From Nostoc sp. DedSLP01 (lineage in GTDB: Bacteria; Cyanobacteriota; Cyanobacteriia; Cyanobacteriales; Nostocaceae): DNA of 64,000 bases. Of the stretch, positions 1 to 9,394 are shown in pieces. Position 1 is the stretch's first letter, and every line of letters starts with the position of its first letter. Location: the NCBI GenBank assembly GCA_034530875.2, contig JAVRCJ020000025.1, positions 1 to 64,000 on the forward strand. Direction: 5' to 3'. A program made the translations under genes and the position numbers. The notes under the pieces were generated by a model. The model did no database searches. It saw only the letters and a program-made list of their open reading frames with translations, and had not been told where the DNA came from.

Positions 1-73
1 CTGTTCGTAGGTCATTTATGCTACCCAACTCTCACTTACTTGTCCCATGCATCTAGGACTTTTGCAAGAGGTC
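1..73 (-). mobile_element. Left end of an IS5-family (ISL2/IS702-like) insertion sequence; transposase starts at 15 (MTYEQ...) and runs out of the window
   Basis: Minus strand reads (TA)GACCTCTTGCAAAAGTC, a terminus I recall from cyanobacterial ISL2-group elements. About 55 nt further in is ATG ACC TAC GAA CAG (MTYEQ), an N-terminus I recall for these transposases. It abuts a truncated Uma2 gene. Confidence 0.65.
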
Positions 74-354
74 TAATTCAAACGAGAATAGGATACATAA
101 AGTAAATCTGGTATTGGCACCCAGTCTCGACCGCGACGTTTTAAAGTAATTGCCCACTCGATACCAACCTCACCGCGATTTTGTGCCCATTGAGTTAGAA
201 CTATACTCAGGGCTATGGTTAATCGTGAATGGAATCTTTTTGGTGCTATTTTGGGTTTTAGTTCTCCATCAACTAATTCGTAGGTGATATCTCCTTCACC
301 TCCAGGCAGTGCCAGGAATTCTTCTAGTGTGATTTGAGATTTGACTTGAGTCAT
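73..354 (-). pseudogene. Uma2/DUF820 family PD-(D/E)XK endonuclease, truncated by IS insertion
   Basis: Motifs ITLEEFLALP, YELVDGEL, H-SRL and PIPDLLYVS are present. It stops after about 93 aa (family about 190 aa), and the TAG is formed at the IS junction. Confidence 0.8.
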
Positions 355-512
355 AATCTTTATCTCCCCGTACAAAATCACGCCTTGTTTTGAGTTTTAG
401 CAAGCTAAGAGCTTCTAACTTTTCTGAAAATCAGAATTAGCAATTGTATCGCTAATATGCATATTATGACTTGTGAAGACAAGACATATCGAGGCAAATT
501 TAGTAGAAGCAA

Positions 513-785
513 ATGCGATTGATTTTATACAGTAAACCTGGCTGTCATTTATGTGAGGGTTTGCACGAAAAGCTCGAACAAATCCAAAATCTCAATTTTG
601 AGTTGGAAATTCGGGATATTACAACTCGTGAAGATTGGTTCGGTGCTTATCAGTATGAGGTGCCAGTACTTTTTTTATCGAAGCAACAAGGCGCAGAAAC
701 CACGGAGGAGGCTTTGCCGCGTCCTTCTCCTCGTGCTAGCGTGCAACAGTTGGAGCAAATCTTGCGTAAGTATTTAGCCAATTAG
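513..785 (+). CDS. Glutaredoxin-like protein (DUF836 family)
   Basis: LILYSKPGCHLC CxxC motif and YQYEVPVL. Confidence 0.85.
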   Translation: MRLILYSKPGCHLCEGLHEKLEQIQNLNFELEIRDITTREDWFGAYQYEVPVLFLSKQQGAETTEEALPRPSPRASVQQLEQILRKYLAN

Positions 786-837
786 AAAAAAATAATGCAG
801 AATAAGCGCAAGAAAGGTATGTGACGAGGTACGCAAG

Positions 838-2331
838 ATGAAATTGCGGGAATTACTAACAGCGGTAGATAGTGTAGAGCAATTACCTAGCCATCCGGCT
901 TTGGAGGACGCAGAAATTAGCGGTTTGAAGACGAATTCCCACGCTTGTGGTGCGGGAGATTTGTTTATTGGAATGCCAGGAACGCGGGTTGATGGTGGAG
1001 AATTTTGGCCTAGTGCGATCGCATCTGGGGCTGTAGCAGCAATTATCTCTCCCCAAGCAGCACAAAAACATCCTCCCACAGATGAAGCTGTGGTAATCAG
1101 CGCTAGTGATATCACTCAAGCTTGTGCCCAGATAGCGAGTGCTTTTTACGGCTATCCGGGGCAAAAACTCAAGCTGGTGGGTGTAACCGGTACGAATGGC
1201 AAAACTACAACTACGCATTTAATTGAATTTCTCCTCGGCAAAGCTAATTTAGCTACGGCTTTGATGGGAACTCTCTACACTCGTTGGCCTGGTTTTGAGC
1301 AAACAGCCGTCCACACAACGCCGTTTGCTGTAGAACTGCAACAGCAGCTAGCTGAGGCTATGAATGCTGGTAATGAGTTTGGAGTGATGGAAGTCAGTTC
1401 CCACGCTTTGGCACAAGGTCGAGTATTGGGTTGTCAATTTGAGGTGGCGGTATTCAGTAATCTTACTCAAGACCATCTTGACTACCACAAGGATATGGAA
1501 GATTATTTCGCTGCCAAAGCCTTGTTGTTTAGCCCTCAATACCTTAAGGGACGGGCGATAATTAACGCTGATGATTCCTACGGCCAGCGGTTAATTGCCT
1601 CGTTGAATTCAGGGCAAGTTTGGAGTTACAGTGTCAACAATAATACTGCTGATTTATGGATGAGTGACTTAAGTTACGAACCGAATGGTGTCAGCGGGAC
1701 TTTACATACACCAAAAGGCGATGTAGCTTTTCGATCGCCTTTAGTGGGTCAATATAATTTAGAGAATCTTTTAGCAGCCGTAGGAACAGTTTTACACTTA
1801 GGTTTAGATTTGCAATTAGTCGCATCTGTAATCCCTGAATTCCCAGGAGTACCCGGACGGATGGAACGAGTGCAAATTAGTAACGAGCAAGATATTAGCG
1901 TCATTGTAGATTATGCTCATACTCCAGACAGCTTAGAAAACTTGTTAAAAGCTGCACGTCCATTTATGCGTGGTAAGATGATCTGCGTGTTTGGTTGTGG
2001 CGGCGATCGCGATCGCACCAAGCGCCCCAAAATGGGTAAAATTGCGGCCGAATTAGCTGATGTGGCAGTAGTGACATCGGATAATCCCCGTACAGAAGAT
2101 CCACAAAGGATTTTAGAGGATATTTTGGCAGGAATTCCCGAAACAGTACAGCCAACTGTAATTTGCGATCGAGCGATCGCAATTCGCACCGCTATTTTAC
2201 AAGCACAACCCGGTGATGGCGTATTGCTTGCTGGTAAAGGTCACGAAGATTATCAAATTCTCGGTACCGAAAAAATCCATTTTGACGACCGAGAACACGC
2301 GCGGGAAGCTTTACAAGCAAGACTAGGCTAA
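838..2331 (+). CDS. murE: UDP-N-acetylmuramoyl-L-alanyl-D-glutamate--2,6-diaminopimelate ligase
   Basis: GVTGTNGKTT P-loop, MEVSSHAL, NLTQDHLDYH, DYAHTPD, DNPR (DAP specificity) and AGKGHE. Confidence 0.97.
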   Translation: MKLRELLTAVDSVEQLPSHPALEDAEISGLKTNSHACGAGDLFIGMPGTRVDGGEFWPSAIASGAVAAIISPQAAQKHPPTDEAVVISASDITQACAQIASAFYGYPGQKLKLVGVTGTNGKTTTTHLIEFLLGKANLATALMGTLYTRWPGFEQTAVHTTPFAVELQQQLAEAMNAGNEFGVMEVSSHALAQGRVLGCQFEVAVFSNLTQDHLDYHKDMEDYFAAKALLFSPQYLKGRAIINADDSYGQRLIASLNSGQVWSYSVNNNTADLWMSDLSYEPNGVSGTLHTPKGDVAFRSPLVGQYNLENLLAAVGTVLHLGLDLQLVASVIPEFPGVPGRMERVQISNEQDISVIVDYAHTPDSLENLLKAARPFMRGKMICVFGCGGDRDRTKRPKMGKIAAELADVAVVTSDNPRTEDPQRILEDILAGIPETVQPTVICDRAIAIRTAILQAQPGDGVLLAGKGHEDYQILGTEKIHFDDREHAREALQARLG

Positions 2332-2480
2332 TTTGGGCATGGGGGATGGAGAAGTGCCACAAGTGTAGGAGGTGTAGGAGGTGTGGGAGGTGTGGGGAGA
2401 TGAGGAAGAAATCTTTCCCCCCATACTCCCCACACTCCCTATCTCCCCATCTCCCCATCTCCCCATCTCCCCACTCCCCT
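2332..2480. repeat. STRR heptamer/nonamer tract (CCCCATC / GGAGGTGTA)
   Basis: Tandem tccccatc and ggaggtgta units in inverted arrangement. Confidence 0.85.
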
Positions 2481-2600
2481 AGAGCAAAGTTTTCTATAAT
2501 TGATGTTGCTTGCTGTAGCAATTTTGTAAAAAATGCACACATAAAGGTGAAAATCGAAAACAGAATTATGTCTTTGCTTCATCCCAATTGTGCTTGACTC

Positions 2601-4094
2601 ATGAATATTTCTTTAGCTAAGGATCTGTCTGTCTATCAACTGGTTATGGAAGTGCAAGCGCCTCCTAAGCCATTGTCCCTCAGTCCTGCTACTCTTCTAT
2701 CACTGGTGAGAGCGCAAATTGACTTACTCATTGAGCAACAAATTGCAGCTACTTTATGGGTGAAGCTACCACCAGAAAAAATTTGGCAATTAGAATTAGC
2801 CCGTTATCAATCTTCGGTGGGTGCATCTAGTCTTGTCTATACCTGCCAAATCGAACAGAGTAAAGAGGAGACGGAGCCACGGGGAAGCTCTGACGCGGAG
2901 AAAGAACTCTCCGCGTCAGAGCGTCTCCCAGTCTCCGGGTCTTCTCAAGCTGCGTCTCCCTCATCCCCCTATCACATCCCCGTTCATCTACCACCCCATA
3001 GCCAACTGCGACGAGAAAACTTTCTGATGGTTTTGTCTCCCCAATTTTGCAGTTTGATTTTGGCTCATCGACCGCTAAAAAAACGCAAAAATCAAGGATC
3101 TGGGAAAGTCAGTAGTAATAAAAATCAGCCGTTGTTAATTATTACTACTGTTGAAGGCAGAATAATTCAGCAAATATTAAATGGTATCCAACAAGCACTA
3201 ACTCCAGAATCATCGCCAATTATACCTGCTGATTTTATTTATCCAACTGTGCCCGAACCTATATTGATGAATCAACTTTTGGCAAAACAACTTCTACGCC
3301 AAGATGAAATTAATCGTCAAATTATTGCAGCACGCGCTAATAAGTTACAGCAGCAAAATCAAGAGTTGCAAAACAAAGAACAACAAAAAGATGAATACTT
3401 AAAAAATGTTTGTCAGGAATTGCGGATACCTTTGACTCACATGAAAACAGCACTCTCTTTGTTGAATTCTCCTAATCTCAAACCGCCGCAGCGACAACGT
3501 TATTTACAGATGTTAAATAACCAGTGCGATCGCCAAAACTCTTTAATTACTGGTCTGCTGGATTTAGTGCAACTGGAACGCGATTTAGAGGGGACTAGTT
3601 TAGAAGCAGTGCGTCTTTCAGAGATTGTGCCTGGAGTTGTCAGCACTTACCAACCTGTAGCCCAAGAAAAAGGAATTATGTTAGCTTACACAGTACCTAC
3701 GGAACTTCCAGCGGTTTGGTGCGTTACTGGTGGGCTGAGGCAAATTGTAATTAATCTGCTGCACAATAGTATTAAATTTACCCCCAATGGCGGTCAAGTT
3801 TGGGTGCGGGCACGCGCTCAAGGCGATTACGTCCAATTAGAATTCCGCGATACAGGAATTGGTATTGCTGAAAACGAAATTCCCAAAATCTTTGACCGCT
3901 TTTATCGCGTGCGAACAACAGCAGCAGAAGATCATGGTGGTGCTGGGTTGGGGTTAACGATTGTCCAGCAATTGCTACTACGATGCGGTGGTTCTATTTC
4001 TGTGAAAAGTAAACCTTATGAAGGTTCCACATTTACAGTACAATTAACTACTGTTAGCGAACCTCAAGGAGCGATCGCTGCGGAAAATGAGTGA
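2601..4094 (+). CDS. DICT-domain sensor histidine kinase-like protein (H-box His replaced by Gln)
   Basis: DICT-like N-terminus (LRRENFLMVLSPQFCSLILAHR). HisKA reads CQELRIPLT. HATPase motifs NLLHNSIKFT, DTGIGI and GAGLGL are intact. Confidence 0.85.
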   Translation: MNISLAKDLSVYQLVMEVQAPPKPLSLSPATLLSLVRAQIDLLIEQQIAATLWVKLPPEKIWQLELARYQSSVGASSLVYTCQIEQSKEETEPRGSSDAEKELSASERLPVSGSSQAASPSSPYHIPVHLPPHSQLRRENFLMVLSPQFCSLILAHRPLKKRKNQGSGKVSSNKNQPLLIITTVEGRIIQQILNGIQQALTPESSPIIPADFIYPTVPEPILMNQLLAKQLLRQDEINRQIIAARANKLQQQNQELQNKEQQKDEYLKNVCQELRIPLTHMKTALSLLNSPNLKPPQRQRYLQMLNNQCDRQNSLITGLLDLVQLERDLEGTSLEAVRLSEIVPGVVSTYQPVAQEKGIMLAYTVPTELPAVWCVTGGLRQIVINLLHNSIKFTPNGGQVWVRARAQGDYVQLEFRDTGIGIAENEIPKIFDRFYRVRTTAAEDHGGAGLGLTIVQQLLLRCGGSISVKSKPYEGSTFTVQLTTVSEPQGAIAAENE

Positions 4095-4276
4095 TAAAGT
4101 AGAACTCAGGATTCAGAATTCAGAATGCAAAATTTCTCAATCAATAAGCTAGCAAGAGTGTCTCGCAAAAAAGTCAGACATTTTTAAATTTTCGACTTTA
4201 AACTATTCAATCCAAAATCCAAAATTTACACCAGGTTTCAAGTTCATTCTGAATTCTGAATTCTGACTCCTGAATT

Positions 4277-4948
4277 CTATTTGCTAGAAGTTGTTGGAAA
4301 GGCGGCAATAATTTGGCGAACCATCATGACTTGCCAATAAGGTAAGGGAGCCAGCAATACAGTACCAGTTCCTTCAAAAGTATTAACGAGAAACTCGCCA
4401 GAAGTCATTGAACCTAAAAGAGATTTGGTAGCTTTTTCAACGCGATAATTTAAAGTACTTGTGCGAGCGATCGCAAAATTTCCATCAACAACTAATCGGT
4501 CATTTCGTAAATTGATTACTTCTACAGGGCCTTGTGCTACCATTACCACTTTACCCCTGCCTTTGACTTTCGTTTGAAACAAGCCCTCGCCACCAATCAA
4601 GCCTGAGACTAATTTATTTCGTTCAATTCCTACTTCTACACTGCCATCGCTAGCCCAATAAGCGCCACTATCTAAAATCCATTCATTACCGTCTAATTCT
4701 AAGATGTGATATCCCGATAAAGAAGGCTCTAAATATAATTCACCCGTACCCGTATATGTCGGGCGAAAAATGTTTTCTCCCGTGGCTAAGGCTTTTAAAA
4801 ACCCACCTGCTGAAGGCGCTTTAGATTGCATTTGAATGTTGCCAAGTATATAGGACATAGCGCCAGATTCAGTCCGTACTGTTTCGTTTTGCAAAGTTAC
4901 CTTAACCAAACGTAAATTCTCTCGTTCGATAATTTCAAAAATTGCCAT
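4277..4948 (-). CDS. AIM24 (TIGR00266) family protein
   Basis: VRTESGAM, GENIFRPTYTGTGELYL, GGEGLFQT, LVVDGNFAIA and FEGTGTVL. Start placed at MAIFEII. Confidence 0.85.
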   Translation of the reverse strand: MAIFEIIERENLRLVKVTLQNETVRTESGAMSYILGNIQMQSKAPSAGGFLKALATGENIFRPTYTGTGELYLEPSLSGYHILELDGNEWILDSGAYWASDGSVEVGIERNKLVSGLIGGEGLFQTKVKGRGKVVMVAQGPVEVINLRNDRLVVDGNFAIARTSTLNYRVEKATKSLLGSMTSGEFLVNTFEGTGTVLLAPLPYWQVMMVRQIIAAFPTTSSK

Positions 4949-5310
4949 AATTTTCCTTTTGATTTTTGCCAAAATCAAAATGTATATAAACTTTTAGGCT
5001 GAGTTTATATACATTTTGCAAGTAAGAATTCAGGAGTCAGAACTCAGGAGCCAAAACCAAGCTTAATAATTTGAATAAAATTAATCAGCTATAGTAGCCT
5101 CGATCGCCCAATCATTTTGCATTCCAAAGAAAGCAGCAAAAATGTCTCCATCTTTGCTCCTATCTTGTGAATCTTCACTATATTTTTGGCATCTATTTTT
5201 ACAGATGGCAAGTTAAAAAAATTAATATATTGCTAAAAAAACTTTATTCGCTAATTTGGAAAAATAGTCTGTATCTCTTCAGCAAAGGCTGATTAGATTT
5301 GCCTTTGCTG

Positions 5311-6798
5311 CTAGTTCTTAACTCCTAATTTTTCGCGATCGCCGTTCGCTTCTAAGGGGAGGAAAATCGTTAATATTTCCCCATAGTGCGGACGCTGGCG
5401 AACAATAAGTTTGCCACCAATTGCCTGAAACAAATGTTTGGTTGCTGCCATGTTCAAACTAATCGTACCTGTTTCTGGTTGGAACATCAGCAGTTGACCA
5501 AGGGCTTTGCGAATTGGCGGTGTTGCTGGTTTAGCAGATATATTTGTATCCTTGCATGAGAATTGGGGCGATAATTGTAACTTCAATTGATCTCCAGCTG
5601 GAATAACTTGTACTTGAATGTGGCTACCAGAGGGTAAGCTGCGAGTAAAGTTTTCTATCAAACCAGTGAGTACCCGATCCAACATACTGGGATTGCTAAC
5701 CACAGTTGGCAGTTGTTGGGGTAAAACAACATTTAAAGTTATGTTCCGCCGTTGTGCTGCTTGTTCCCAACGAGGAATGCTTTGTTGCAACACCTCATCT
5801 AAAGACATCGGCGTAAGTTGAGTTTTTGAGGATTTTACTGGGGCAGAAGTTTCCAGTTCTGCTGCTTTAAACAGCAACTCCATACGGTCAATTTGCTCGC
5901 TACACTCGCGATCGATAATTTCCAAGCGACTGACGACGCTAGGGGCTAAGTCTCGCCGCTTCAGAAGTAGGCGAGTCATAGTGCGAATAGTTGTTAAAGG
6001 TGTGCGAACTTCGTGGGCAAAGGCTTGGAGTAATTCGACATCGGGACGGGGAGAGGTTTCGGAAGACGTACAGATGGGGAGACGCGGTGACGCAAAGAGT
6101 AATTTCCCCGTGTCCCCGTGTCCCCGTGTCTCTGTGTCCTCGATCGCCGTGTCCTCTTGTGGTTCTGTTAATTGGTGAAGTAACAGCTGGCTGAATTGAA
6201 TTGCGATGCGGTAATCTGGCGCTACTGGAGAATACTGTTGTACTAATGTATCCAGTTGGGTGAAAAATTCTGGATTAGTCAACATTACCCGCGCCCCTAG
6301 CGATCGCCAAGCTTGCTGTACTACTTCTGGTTCAAAAGAAAATAGAAAGGTTTTTTTACCGTTATTGTGTGTAGCTAAAACTAATACTAATGTAAATTTA
6401 TCTGTAAAAACTAAGCAAAACTGTTCTGCTGCCAGCGGATCGGCAGGTAATAAAGGAAGCACCGATTCATGGGAAGCGACTTCATCATCAGCAGGTGCAA
6501 TTGCCTCTGGCATCTGAAATGGCATCAGCGCCAAGGGATTAAATGGTTTTGCTGTAAAAGTGACTGTTTGTAAGCTTTGAGTAAGTTTTGGCTGACTAAA
6601 TAAAGGTGCGGGTGCAGCTAAAACTAATCCTTGGGTTGTCTCAGCTGAGGCCGTTGCTAAATTGTTTAATAGCAAATGTTCTGTTGCGGCAAGGCTGACA
6701 CGCCACTGCTGTTCTGCTTTTGCTGGCGAACATTCAGCCACACTTGATTGATTTTGTGCCAAGATTTCTGAAAGACTTGGCAATATCCATTTGTACAC
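5311..6798 (-). CDS. hik2: Sensor histidine kinase, Hik2/chloroplast sensor kinase family
   Basis: GAF-like N-terminus (GLVLAAPAPLF, EQFCLVFT), DVELLQAFAHEVRTPLTTIRT, and degenerate HATPase LMFQPETGTISLN. Confidence 0.82.
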   Translation of the reverse strand: MYKWILPSLSEILAQNQSSVAECSPAKAEQQWRVSLAATEHLLLNNLATASAETTQGLVLAAPAPLFSQPKLTQSLQTVTFTAKPFNPLALMPFQMPEAIAPADDEVASHESVLPLLPADPLAAEQFCLVFTDKFTLVLVLATHNNGKKTFLFSFEPEVVQQAWRSLGARVMLTNPEFFTQLDTLVQQYSPVAPDYRIAIQFSQLLLHQLTEPQEDTAIEDTETRGHGDTGKLLFASPRLPICTSSETSPRPDVELLQAFAHEVRTPLTTIRTMTRLLLKRRDLAPSVVSRLEIIDRECSEQIDRMELLFKAAELETSAPVKSSKTQLTPMSLDEVLQQSIPRWEQAAQRRNITLNVVLPQQLPTVVSNPSMLDRVLTGLIENFTRSLPSGSHIQVQVIPAGDQLKLQLSPQFSCKDTNISAKPATPPIRKALGQLLMFQPETGTISLNMAATKHLFQAIGGKLIVRQRPHYGEILTIFLPLEANGDREKLGVKN

Positions 6799-6995
6799 AG
6801 GTTTTCACCCCTTAATTCAAGAGCGACTAACAGCGTCTAGGTTAGACATCTCGCTACTACCTAAGAGGTTATAGGCATTTGTCTAGAGGTGACAGTCGTA
6901 GAACCGAACAATTTGGGTGCAATTTCCGCTTGGAGAGCGATCGGGCAAAAGGCATGATTATTATTGAGTCAAGATGCATGTAATTTCGGGTTTAG

Positions 6996-7172
6996 ATAGA
7001 ACCAACAACAGAACAGTTGAGAGCGTTTTACAGTAGATGTGTCAGAGCAAATAATATGTTTGGGCCTATTAAAGTTGTGCGATTAGACGAAAGAACAAAG
7101 TGCATATACGTTTTAATTGGAGACACAATACAAATAGAGATATATCCTAACGGTGAAGTGACGTTTCCATGA
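6996..7172 (+). CDS. DUF6888-like small protein (58 aa), non-canonical ATA start; missing from ORF track
   Basis: Hand translation: IEPTTEQLRAFYSRCVRANNMFGPIKVVRLDERTKCIYVLIGDTIQIEIYPNGEVTFP. Its TGA overlaps the next ATG (ATGA). Confidence 0.65.
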   Translation: MEPTTEQLRAFYSRCVRANNMFGPIKVVRLDERTKCIYVLIGDTIQIEIYPNGEVTFP

Positions 7173-7354
7173 CTAAACCCGATTATCAAGCTATGTCAGA
7201 TGATGAATTAAGAGATTGGGTTAGATATCACCCACAGGACACCGAGGCATTCCATATTTTAATGGACAGATTAGACCAGCGACCAAAAGTAATTACTCGC
7301 ACCGATGAGGAATTTGAAACCGAGTTACAACGGCGTATTAGCCAAGCTAGTTGA
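7169..7354 (+). CDS. DUF6887-like small protein
   Basis: MTKPDYQAMSDDELRDWVRYHPQDTEAFH resembles the cyanobacterial DUF6887 N-terminus. It is translationally coupled to the upstream ORF. Confidence 0.7.
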   Translation: MTKPDYQAMSDDELRDWVRYHPQDTEAFHILMDRLDQRPKVITRTDEEFETELQRRISQAS

Positions 7355-7360
7355 CAAATA

Positions 7361-7400
7361 TAACTAAAACCATCAGTCTAAAAGCTGATGGTTTTAGTTA
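7361..7400. terminator. Bidirectional intrinsic terminator
   Basis: Perfect 16-bp inverted repeat TAACTAAAACCATCAG / CTGATGGTTTTAGTTA between convergent genes. Confidence 0.8.
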
Positions 7401-7431
7401 TTAATTTATTTGTTTCTTTGATATGAAACAC

Positions 7432-7755
7432 TTATGGATTCTCTGTTGTGTTGTTTCCGAATCCAAAATCTGTTGGTACAATTGCGGGAGTTTCATACAA
7501 TTTCTGTATCATCTCTTGATTCTGTCTAAGAAGCTCCAACTGTAGTTTTCTTAATTCTCGGTCTTGCTGGTATTTAACAGCGAGATTACAGTATTCAGCC
7601 TCTTCATCGGTCAACGGTCTTGACTGAGATACTCTGATACACTTATTAACTTCGTCATCAATCTGGTCTGCTTTTGCTCCTTGCACACCCATTATCATAG
7701 ATAAAGCTGTTCCAGCTAATAGACCAATACAGCCTGTTTTCAGAAATTTACCCAT
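7432..7755 (-). CDS. Hypothetical secreted protein
   Basis: Signal peptide ending A-K-A, two Cys, and a coiled-coil-like C-terminal half. Confidence 0.6.
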   Translation of the reverse strand: MGKFLKTGCIGLLAGTALSMIMGVQGAKADQIDDEVNKCIRVSQSRPLTDEEAEYCNLAVKYQQDRELRKLQLELLRQNQEMIQKLYETPAIVPTDFGFGNNTTENP

Positions 7756-8131
7756 ATACAAATCCTCTGAAAGTATACAATATAGAGTTTGAGAATTTTA
7801 GCTATAATCAATACTCTAAAATTTACAAGTTCCAATATGTGCTTACAAAAAGCAGAAACACAATTCCTGAAAAATGATAGTAATAATCCAAAATTTACGT
7901 TTTTATAGAGGGTTTATTACAATACCGTAATATTGTCAAATCTATTGAAATGATTTAATAGAAACCGGAATCAAATAAATAATATTATTTTTAGACACAG
8001 TATCGGGTTCTCGGCTCAATACTGACAGGTTTTATGTAGTAAAACCACAAAGAGGTCTTTTGATTCTACTAATTAGGTCTACATGATATGACCCACGTTA
8101 GATTAGCAATAGACTATCTCAAGAAAACTTT

Positions 8132-8953
8132 ATGACTTCTTTGGAACCGTCAGTTAAGGATTTGGTACTGGTTGCTGGTGGTACTGGTGGAGTAGGGCAA
8201 CTAGTGGTAGGCAAGTTACTGGAAAAGGGTTTTAGGGTTCGCGTCCTGACACGCAATGCCGCAAAAGCCGAACAGATGTTCGATCGCCAAGTGGAAATTG
8301 TCGTGGGTGATACCCGTCAGCCAGCTACACTAAGAGCTGCAACATCAGATGTTAGCTACATTATCTGTTGTACGGGAACTACAGCCTTTCCCTCTGCCAA
8401 ATGGGAGTTTGAGCAATCCCCGAACTTGATTGAATGGGGTTTAACTTTTCTCAATCCCCAATCTAGTCAAGCAAAAGCAAAGAATAGTCCAGCAAAAATC
8501 GATGCCGAAGCAGTCAACAATTTTGTAGCAGCAGCACCTAGAAATTTGCAGCGATTTGTTTTCGTATCTTCCGCTGGCATCCTCCGTAAAAATCAGTTTC
8601 CTTTTAGTATCCTCAATGCATTTGGCGTGTTAGATGCCAAACAGAAGGGCGAGGAATCGATCGCTAATTCCGGATTGCCCTACACAATTATCCGTCCAGG
8701 ACGCCTCATAGACGGGCCTTATACTTCATACGACCTCAACACTCTCCTTAAAGCCAAAACCGGTGGTAAATACGGTGTTGAACTGGGCACAGGAGACACA
8801 CTTGTAGGCGATGCCAGCCGAATAGACGTAGCCAACGCTTGTGTAGAATGTCTTTTTTACCCAAGTACCTCAAGGAAAATTTTTGAAATAGTCAATAAAG
8901 GACAAAGGCCGCCCGCCATCGATTGGGAAACTCTTTTTTCTCGGCTGGAGTGA
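8132..8953 (+). CDS. Atypical SDR / NAD(P)H-binding oxidoreductase
   Basis: VLVAGGTGGVG Rossmann motif, CCTGTTAFPS and YTIIRPGRLIDGP. Confidence 0.9.
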   Translation: MTSLEPSVKDLVLVAGGTGGVGQLVVGKLLEKGFRVRVLTRNAAKAEQMFDRQVEIVVGDTRQPATLRAATSDVSYIICCTGTTAFPSAKWEFEQSPNLIEWGLTFLNPQSSQAKAKNSPAKIDAEAVNNFVAAAPRNLQRFVFVSSAGILRKNQFPFSILNAFGVLDAKQKGEESIANSGLPYTIIRPGRLIDGPYTSYDLNTLLKAKTGGKYGVELGTGDTLVGDASRIDVANACVECLFYPSTSRKIFEIVNKGQRPPAIDWETLFSRLE

Positions 8954-9192
8954 GTGAGGGGATGAGGGGGATGAGGGGAAGAAATAACTAATGCCCCATC
9001 CCCCATGCCCAATGCCCCATACCCAATGCCCAATAACATCCGTAACTCTAAAGACGGCAAACACCACATAGAGATTACGGTTCACCCTAATTACTGAAAG
9101 TATTAATTCTCATACATTAGACAAAGTGAAAGCAAATCAATCCATGAATCGACTGAAAAAACTATTGATTTAGTTTAACGATTCTCAGCAAG

Positions 9193-9208
9193 GTACGGGA
9201 AACCACCC
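9193..9208 (+). promoter_or_regulatory. K-box-like element upstream of dnaK
   Basis: GTACGG-GAAA-CCACCC versus the cyanobacterial K-box GTTCGG-NNAN-CCNNAC (2 mismatches), about 190 nt before the start. Confidence 0.5.
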
Positions 9209-9394
9209 TTCACGGACTGGTTACCACTGAAGCTCTCAATATATATATCAGCATATTCTGGAGTTTTGACCCCCAGAGAAGCCAAATTAAGGTATTAATG
9301 CTGAACTGGCTGATTTCTTGACCCTGTTGGTTCAAAATTTAGTCCTTTATATTCTCATTCATTCATTTGTAGTTATACGGAGCCAGCACCTAAA

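Noticed and set aside
2192..2597. ORFs 2192-2542 (-) and 2346-2597 (+)
   Set aside because: These are translations of STRR tracts (SPHLPISPSPH / GDGEMGRW) with no protein family signal.
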